Shown here: positions 57,149 through 64,000 of the stretch, in pieces | How the letters are laid out: each line of letters begins with the position of its first letter | How positions within the stretch are numbered: position 1 is the stretch's first letter | Source: Camelus ferus | Taxonomy: Eukaryota | Length of the DNA: 64,000 bases | Direction: 5' to 3' | Assembly (NCBI RefSeq): GCF_009834535.1 | Contig: NC_045696.1 | Coordinates: 42,410,001 to 42,474,000, forward strand | Notes under the pieces: model-generated | What the model was told of the DNA's origin: nothing | The model's input: the letters and a program-made list of their open reading frames with translations, nothing else | Database searches by the model: none | Position numbers and translations under genes: made by a program

Positions 57149-59106
57149 AGAGTTTAATTTTAAAACATAATTCAGTAAAGGACATTTTTAAAGGCTAAGC
57201 TAAGATCCTCCTAACATGTTAGCTTTATGAAGCTCTAACTTGACCCAAGGATAGAACTTAGAAAGCCTTCAGGAGTGGTTATCTTAAATGCTTTTCCTTG
57301 AGGTGCACTTTTCTTAGCAAGTCTTTAGATACCAGTTATTTTCTGAACACAGCATCCTGCATTCCCTGTTTCTAACTAAAGGATGAGCCAGAGCCTTAGT
57401 GGTTCTGGAATAAAAGCAAGAGTTGACCTCCTGTTACGCACATTGGAAAGCCTGAGCTGTATTTTTGCCTGGATGGAGGGTCCTAAGCTTCTCTCTGGGG
57501 ATGAGCCAGGGGGCTCCTTTTACCCACCCACCCTCTGCCTTCTCTGTGTTCAGAAGGACTAGCATCGAATTCACCTCCTCAACGTTTCTTTTAACTACAC
57601 CCAACATTGCAGTTTTTCCTTTTTCTTCATTCTTCCCACACTTACTTGCTACACTATTTACTTGGTCCTAAAAATATGCTATACCTTAGATTTATTATTT
57701 TCCTCTTGGGTTGTGTGGTGCACAGGGCAGAGACGTTGCCATACCTCTCTTCTTCTTTCCAAACCTCGTTTGGCAACTCAAACGTTCCAACATGAAAAGC
57801 AGGAATGATTATGTTACTGACTGCCCATGACGGCTGACAGGGTCTGGACCTCTCACCAGTGCCCCTTTGGCCTATGATACACCCTGAGCAGGAGCTGACC
57901 TTGGGTGTGGAATATTTTTCCTTCCATATGAACTTCATGGCAAGGTGATCTTGACTTCATTAACCAACTGAACCCATGACTGAACACTTTTAGGGAAAAA
58001 TTTCCATTACAACTCATTGTTAAGCTGATTCTAAGAGGAAAACAAACTATAGCCCTGGAGTTAAAAAAGCATCAAAAAGTTGCCAGTGAGGGAAAATTGG
58101 GGTTATATAGTCAGTCTGTCTGCCGTGTCAGCTGCAGTCCATTTCCTCCATAATGAGCTATGCAGTGATCCATTTATGTATGATCTATATCTACTGCAAA
58201 AGACTGCTGAAATTAAAGTTCCCGATGCGGTCATTATTGATGTTTCCATGTCCTGGCAGAGTAACATTTGACAGGCTTGCACAATTTTATGCTTTTGCTG
58301 CTGCAAAACTAAGCATCTCAATAGTTGTGTATGAAGTGCGTACACTACTAGGAAGCTTTTGGTCTGATCTTTTCTGGAAGCTTTGCATATGATGGACACT
58401 CAGTCTATTTAATTGATAGGTTGTCTTTGCAAGATACATACCTTAAAAGGCTGTAGGTTCTCCTTTTGGCCTGTTCCTAGGAAGAGAGCATTGACTGTAT
58501 CTGGTGCTCTTTGACATGAGGTATTGAGAGATTTAGGTACCACGAGTCACGACGTTACCAAAACGATTTGATTTTGCCTACCTTTTAATTCATCAGGTTA
58601 GGCCTTTGATGTTTATAACTATGGTCTTGTTACTCTTCGTTATGAAGAGATAGCCACTGTGTAGAAGACTTAGCACAGATTTGATGTAGCCCCTTGTTTA
58701 TTAGTGACTAGAATTATTTAAGTTCTCATGCTCTTGCTACTCAATATTTGACATACAATCTGTAGTAAAGGGGTGAAAAAATGTAATTATTCAGGTGATT
58801 TAGACTCTGCAAACCTTTTTGTCTCATTTTAAGTTTTGAAATGTAGATCTTTTGAAACCAGTGTTATCCAGAGTCACTTAATAAACTAAGATTATACCCA
58901 TAATAAATGTGTTGTAATCAAAGGCAATTTGTTTTTCTGGGTATTTGGTTGCTTCTCTTAGAGGCTCTTAAACCAAGAGTCCTTTTTAGAAGTAAAAACT
59001 ATTGTATGTAATTTTTAAAGCTTCAGTATATTGTGATATTTCTTGTAACTCCATAAATGCTTTATAATGAACTTAGTTTTTGAAATCTTTACAAATGCTT
59101 TTTTCT

Positions 59107-59137
<31 letters not shown>

Positions 59138-59807
59138 GCTTAAGTATTTTACTGCTTTTTAAAATATCTGTCTCCGAGGTCCATTATAAAATTCTTTAAA
59201 TTATTTAAATATCTCTTCTTCTACCATTCGTTCATTCAGTTCACATTTCTTGAGCACTAACCTTTCCTTGTGTAATATGAAAACGTGCCTGCAATTAAAT
59301 CTTTGCTTGGGATAGTACCAATGCTTGAACATCAAGTAAACATTTTTAGAATTATAGTATTTATATATTGGTACATCAAATAAGATGCTGTGTAATGGTA
59401 CAAAAACTGAGTATTCCTAATCAGGGAATGTTGGAACTAGAATAAAGTCTTAAGTGAGTAGAGAGGGAGCTTTGCTAAATCCAGGTGTTGTGTAAAGCAA
59501 TTCATACAACACTGCATACTGGAAAAACTCTGTGCAGAATTGTTCATCTGGTACCCCCCACTTCCTGAGGCAATAGAATATTGGATAATTATGAGCAAGC
59601 TTCTTTAATGCCCTGTCCTCTATTCAAGCGAAGACTCAGAAGTGAAGAACATATCAAGCTATTTCCATCAGGCTGGGTTGTGTGCAGGTGATGTCTTTAT
59701 CCTGCATTGATAAATGTGAAACACATGAGCGAGTTTTAATCGTGATCCTCATATTGATTAAAATTGTGACTGTGAGTTGGTGATAAAATGGAAACAATTA
59801 GCATTTT

Positions 59808-60050
59808 AACCTTTTCTTATGGGAAATTTCAAACATATACATAATACTGGAATAGTATAATGAACCCCTCCCTCAGCTTAAAATATTATCAATATTTAGC
59901 TGTTCTTGTTTTATCTTTGCTTCTACCTGCTCCCCACACAAACTCAGTTATTAGTAGTAGTTGTATTTATAGTTCTTTTTTGTGAGATATTTAGAGATGT
60001 TGAAATGCACAAATCTTAGCTGTACAGTTTTCACAATTAAGTACACCTTT
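59808..60050 (-). mobile_element. Old L1 3'-end fragments
   Basis: 'ttatgggaaatttcaaacatatacat...aatagtataatgaacccc' and 'tgaaatgcacaaatcttagctgtacagttt'. Confidence 0.65.
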
Positions 60051-62548
60051 GTACCTCCACCTATACCATGATCAGCAGTGGGATTTGTATTTATTCTTGT
60101 AGCTGCTAAAAATTCTGTAGGTACCCATACGGAAGAGAGGGAAATTCTCCCTGCTATCTTCTCCATGATGCTCAGACCTGACAGGTGGGCCTTATACATG
60201 GGCTTAAACGGCATTAGATGCATGAATTTTTGCTTCCAAGCTAAAGCTTCTTAATATTCTTCTCAATTAATAGGTTTTTGAAATTTCTTCCCCCTTGAGC
60301 TTCCCCAAGGTACAAGGAAGAGGAGATAGCTCTCGTGAACTGGAGGAGGGAGAAGCAAGGGAGGAATCTGTTAAGTCCCATGTTAATAGTCATGTTTTTT
60401 CCTTTGTTAGGAAACTGGTTGAACTTAAAGTCAAGTGATTTATCTCAGACTTTTCCCTAAGTGAGAAAATATTTATTTTTTCCTTTGATCTCTTGTTTTT
60501 GAGCTATGAATTAGTAGCTTTATCCTACTTTAATATTTCTGTAACCTCTTAATGAATCAGGAAGTTGATAGAATTCTAGCTTATTCCAGTATGTCTTAGC
60601 TGTGGTTGTTGAAGTTACATCAGTGTGGTTGGGTAGAGGGTGAGACACAGTAGAATCTCTGAGGCATGTTAGAGGCTATAAGCAGCAGTGTGGCTTGAAA
60701 TTGTTCTGCTCTTTCCACGTTTCCTCCTGGCTTTGTTCAGCTCAAGCCTTTCAAAATACAATCACTACTGATGAGTAAGCACTTAATTCTACGTATCGGA
60801 AATACTCACCGGATTTCTTTCCTCTGTTGGCATTGGAAATGATAAGCCAACACTGGAAATATTTTTACAATGAAGTCAGAATTCTTCACTTGTTGCCAGG
60901 ATATAGTTGCTTATTCATAGTCAGTGACTATTTGCAAAACTGATCGTTACAATTCTGCACAAAACTGCCTGTATTTCTGTGTCACTCTTGAATAATCAAA
61001 ATCCAGAGCTTCAGTAAGGTTGCTCCTCGTTTACAAGGTTAATTCCTCCAATAATGATGTCTGCATTCTCACACACATTTCAGAGCTGAAAACTTATTGC
61101 ATGGGGCACAAACTCATTGCATATGCAGTGTGAATAACCTTATTAAGAATGCAGCAAGAGGATAGACATTACTGTTCCTGCTGGGTCAGAAGGGTAAATA
61201 CAACAAGAAAATGAGGCATTTACCACTAAGTAGTCCAACTGATTTATTTTACTCAGCCTTTTTCATTTTGAGCCTTTTGAAGCACAGACTGCTTGGATAC
61301 TCTGCCCTCACATAGGCATTCAGTTAGAAATTCTAAATTTTAGAGGGTGTGAACTGTCCTGGAGAACAAAGCCAGGACAATGTGTGTTAACCTAAGTTAA
61401 AATCAAGATAATATTTCATGTAAGTGTGAGTTGATAGTAAATCTGCTTTTGTGCTCCAGGGGTTTTTGTTAGGATTCAATATATAACATGATGAGGAATT
61501 TCTCCCTGCCATTATGAACAAAATTCAACTGATCTAGATCTAAGCAGTGACACAGCTCTAAGTAGAGGCCAGAGCCAAGACAGAGCAGGATATGCTAACC
61601 CTTCAGCTATTTCCTATATATGGTCTATATTTATAGTTCAACTCAAAGTGTTTTGATAGAAGAAAGTTGCTTTCTAGTTTTCTGCCTAGAGACAGCACCC
61701 TGATACAGCAGCCAGTGGGAAGAACTCTGCCAGCCAAGGGGTCTTCTGAGACATGTGATCACATTTTATATAACAGAAATCATCATATCAAAGTTTTAAC
61801 ATTCTCAGGGCCTTTCCCCCAAGGGCCACTTAGCTTTAGGATATACTTCTCCTAGTCCTTCAAACAACAAAATATTTTCAGGTATTTTTAGGAAAGTTTC
61901 AGTATCTTTCAAGCTGGTGACACCTGCTGTAATATTTATTTACCTGACAATGATAATGATTATAAGTGACTATTTTCTGTATTATGAATATTATAACTGG
62001 AGTAGACTCATGAGAAAAGCATTTAGTATTATCATGATCCCCAAATAACTGTCATGCTTATTTACTTTACAATCTGTGTAATCTGTACATTCCTCTAAAT
62101 AAATAGCTTGTTGAGGCCTACTCATTTGGCTCATTGTCTAGTTTGTGGGGAGAGGATGGAGTACATCCCTTTATTGCACTCAGTTCCCCAAAGATCAGTT
62201 TTAGCTTACCTGATCTTATTCACACTTATCTAAAGAGAAAGATGGTTTCTCAGTTTTTGTTGTTACAAATCTCTGCCTCATGGAAGCAGAATGTTGACTT
62301 TACTTACTGAAATTTTAGATTAAATCAGGTAGCCATGTTGACTATGAATAGCAGTAAGCAAAGAAAAGTAACTAACAGAAGACTTGGGGTCGTGTGGTAA
62401 AAGGAACAGGAACTTCAGATTTGGGACCAGATGCACATCTTTCAGAGTCTGTGGATTCAAATCTATAAATGTAGAATGTATTAAATAATTTAAAATCTAA
62501 AGTGATTTTCATCGATGCATCATGTCTTTATTCACTGGAGACCAAGTG

Positions 62549-62785
62549 CAGCTGACCCTTGAACAATGCAGGAGTCATGGGTGCCCTCCCTCCACTCAGT
62601 TGAAGATCCACCTGTCATTTATAGTTGACCCTCTTTATATGTGGTTTGGTTCCCCGTATCCAAAATTCTGCATCTGCAGATTCAAGCAACCACAGATTAT
62701 GTAGTACTGCAGTATATATTATTGAAAAAAATCTGAGTATAAGTGGACCCCAATAGTTCAAACCCATGTTGTTCAGGATCAACTG
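62549..62785. mobile_element. MER8-like TcMar-Tigger MITE
   Basis: TIRs cagctgacccttgaacaa ... ttgttcaggatcaactg followed by TA; internal 'aaaaaatctgagtataagtggaccc'. Confidence 0.88.
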
Positions 62786-63349
62786 TAATATGATTCACTC
62801 CACATGACTTTTGTGGTGCTGAATTCTGTTCTAAACTTTTACTAGCCTGCCCCATTCAGTGTCAGGTTTTGCAACAGAACAGCTATTCCCAGTTCTGAAT
62901 ATATTTTTTTAAAGCCTGAACTGTTGGTGAAAAAAAATTTTTCTTTCTTAGCTTGTTCAGCTCCTTTAAAGGAGGTCTGATTTGGGAGTGAGGAGGTTTG
63001 AGTTCCCTTCCTTGCCTTGGTGCCAACCATGGTGAAGTTGGGTACAGAATGCCTTTGGGCCTTGGTTTTCTCTATGTCAAATGAAAAAATTGGGAAAATA
63101 ATTTTTAAGATTACTTACAGAACTAAATTTCTCTATTCCACACCTGTTAAAAAACTACTTTAATCTTTATTAATTAAACAGTACTCTTTAATGATGAAAA
63201 TACAAGAACTGAGTTCTAGAAATGTAAGTCTGTGATGAAATCTGGAAAAAGCACCTAGTTCCCTAACATCCACGGTTTGCTTTCATAATTAGTGTCATTA
63301 GGGCTGGCAGGCATGGAGTTGGACATCACAATCTCCCTTCTAGAAAGAA

Positions 63350-63739
63350 CTTACAGTTAGAGGGTCTCCCTCAGTGGCAGCACCTCAGAAACCACCTCAG
63401 TGTTGGATCTGAGGCCAGTCTTCCCAGGTGCTCCTCTGTACCCTCCTGAGAGAACTCTCCAAAGGGCTGTCTTTGCTCCGGAGCTCCCCACCAGGTTACC
63501 TGAGACTTTTGCAGGTTGGCAGCACCCTGATGCTTTCTCTGCCCATTTCTGCTTTCTCCCTCCATCCATTTCATGAGTGTTGGTTCTGTGTTGTGTCTGA
63601 AAGCTACTCCTGCTCACCTCTGTTCTTCCTCTTCGGTCTTTCACGGGCACTGCCCACCCCTCACTCCCCATCCCTAGGGGACCTCTTGCTCTCCTCACTT
63701 CATCTCAACACCTCTGCCCAGAGGATCTGAACTGAACCA
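63350..63739 (+). mobile_element. LTR16-family ERV-L LTR
   Basis: 'tctttgctccggagctcccca', 'ctctgcccatttctgcttt', 'ctttcacgggcactgccc', end 'catctcaacacctctgcccagaggatctgaactgaacca'. Confidence 0.7.
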
Positions 63740-63894
63740 TCAGGGAATCCATGCCAAGCTAGAAGTAAAAAACGATATACTGAAAGATACATTTTCAGGT
63801 TTATTTGAAAAAGGCCTTTTTGGTTACATTTCTTCTATCCTTTTTATTTTCTCTCATGGAATTAAATGCTTTTGAAACTGGTTAGGGCTTAGAC

Positions 63895-63990
63895 AATGTA
63901 ATTTCACCCTTTCGATTTTTGACTGATGAAGAATGAGAGAGCTATGAAGTGACTTGTCCAAGGTCATAATTGGACTAATTAGCAACATGA
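63895..63990 (-). mobile_element. MIR SINE fragment
   Basis: 'ttttgactgatgaagaatgagagagctatgaagtgacttgtccaaggtcata'. Confidence 0.7.
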
Positions 63991-64000
63991 CATTTTTGAC

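Noticed and set aside
63357..63730. Three overlapping ORFs up to 113 aa
   Set aside because: All lie inside a GC-richer LTR16-like element.
1..64000. CRISPR arrays, operons, rRNA, mitochondrial insertions or processed pseudogenes of known genes
   Set aside because: None seen. The direct repeats are two-copy local duplications or TSDs rather than repeat-spacer arrays, and the DNA is mammalian.

Overview
This is AT-rich, CpG-depleted mammalian genomic DNA, not prokaryotic sequence. Two tRNA-derived SINEs resembling the camelid Vic-1 type (51918-52084, 55774-55929) and cetartiodactyl-type L1 ends suggest a camel, alpaca or llama. The window reads as intronic or intergenic. A large share consists of interspersed repeats: L1, HAL1, L2, MIR, MaLR/ERVL/ERV1 LTRs, hAT and Tigger MITEs, and a degenerate ERV-L pol-integrase-dUTPase fragment split by an MLT2 LTR. 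I could not identify any host protein-coding exon with confidence. The ORF track is explained by repeats or chance, apart from fossil L1 ORF2 and ERV-L peptides. Repeat family names come from recalled consensus similarity, not a database search, and boundaries without a stated TSD are approximate. The features most worth a second look are: a non-repeat inverted-repeat-bounded segment enclosing a splice acceptor (13675-13988); several template-switch scars; an L1-mobilised LTR 3' end with a TSD; foreign DNA captured inside a young L1; a CpG-rich tract inside an old LTR; a strong CTCF-like motif; and a speculative chain of minus-strand exon-like segments. I found no convincing evidence for a novel multi-gene system.
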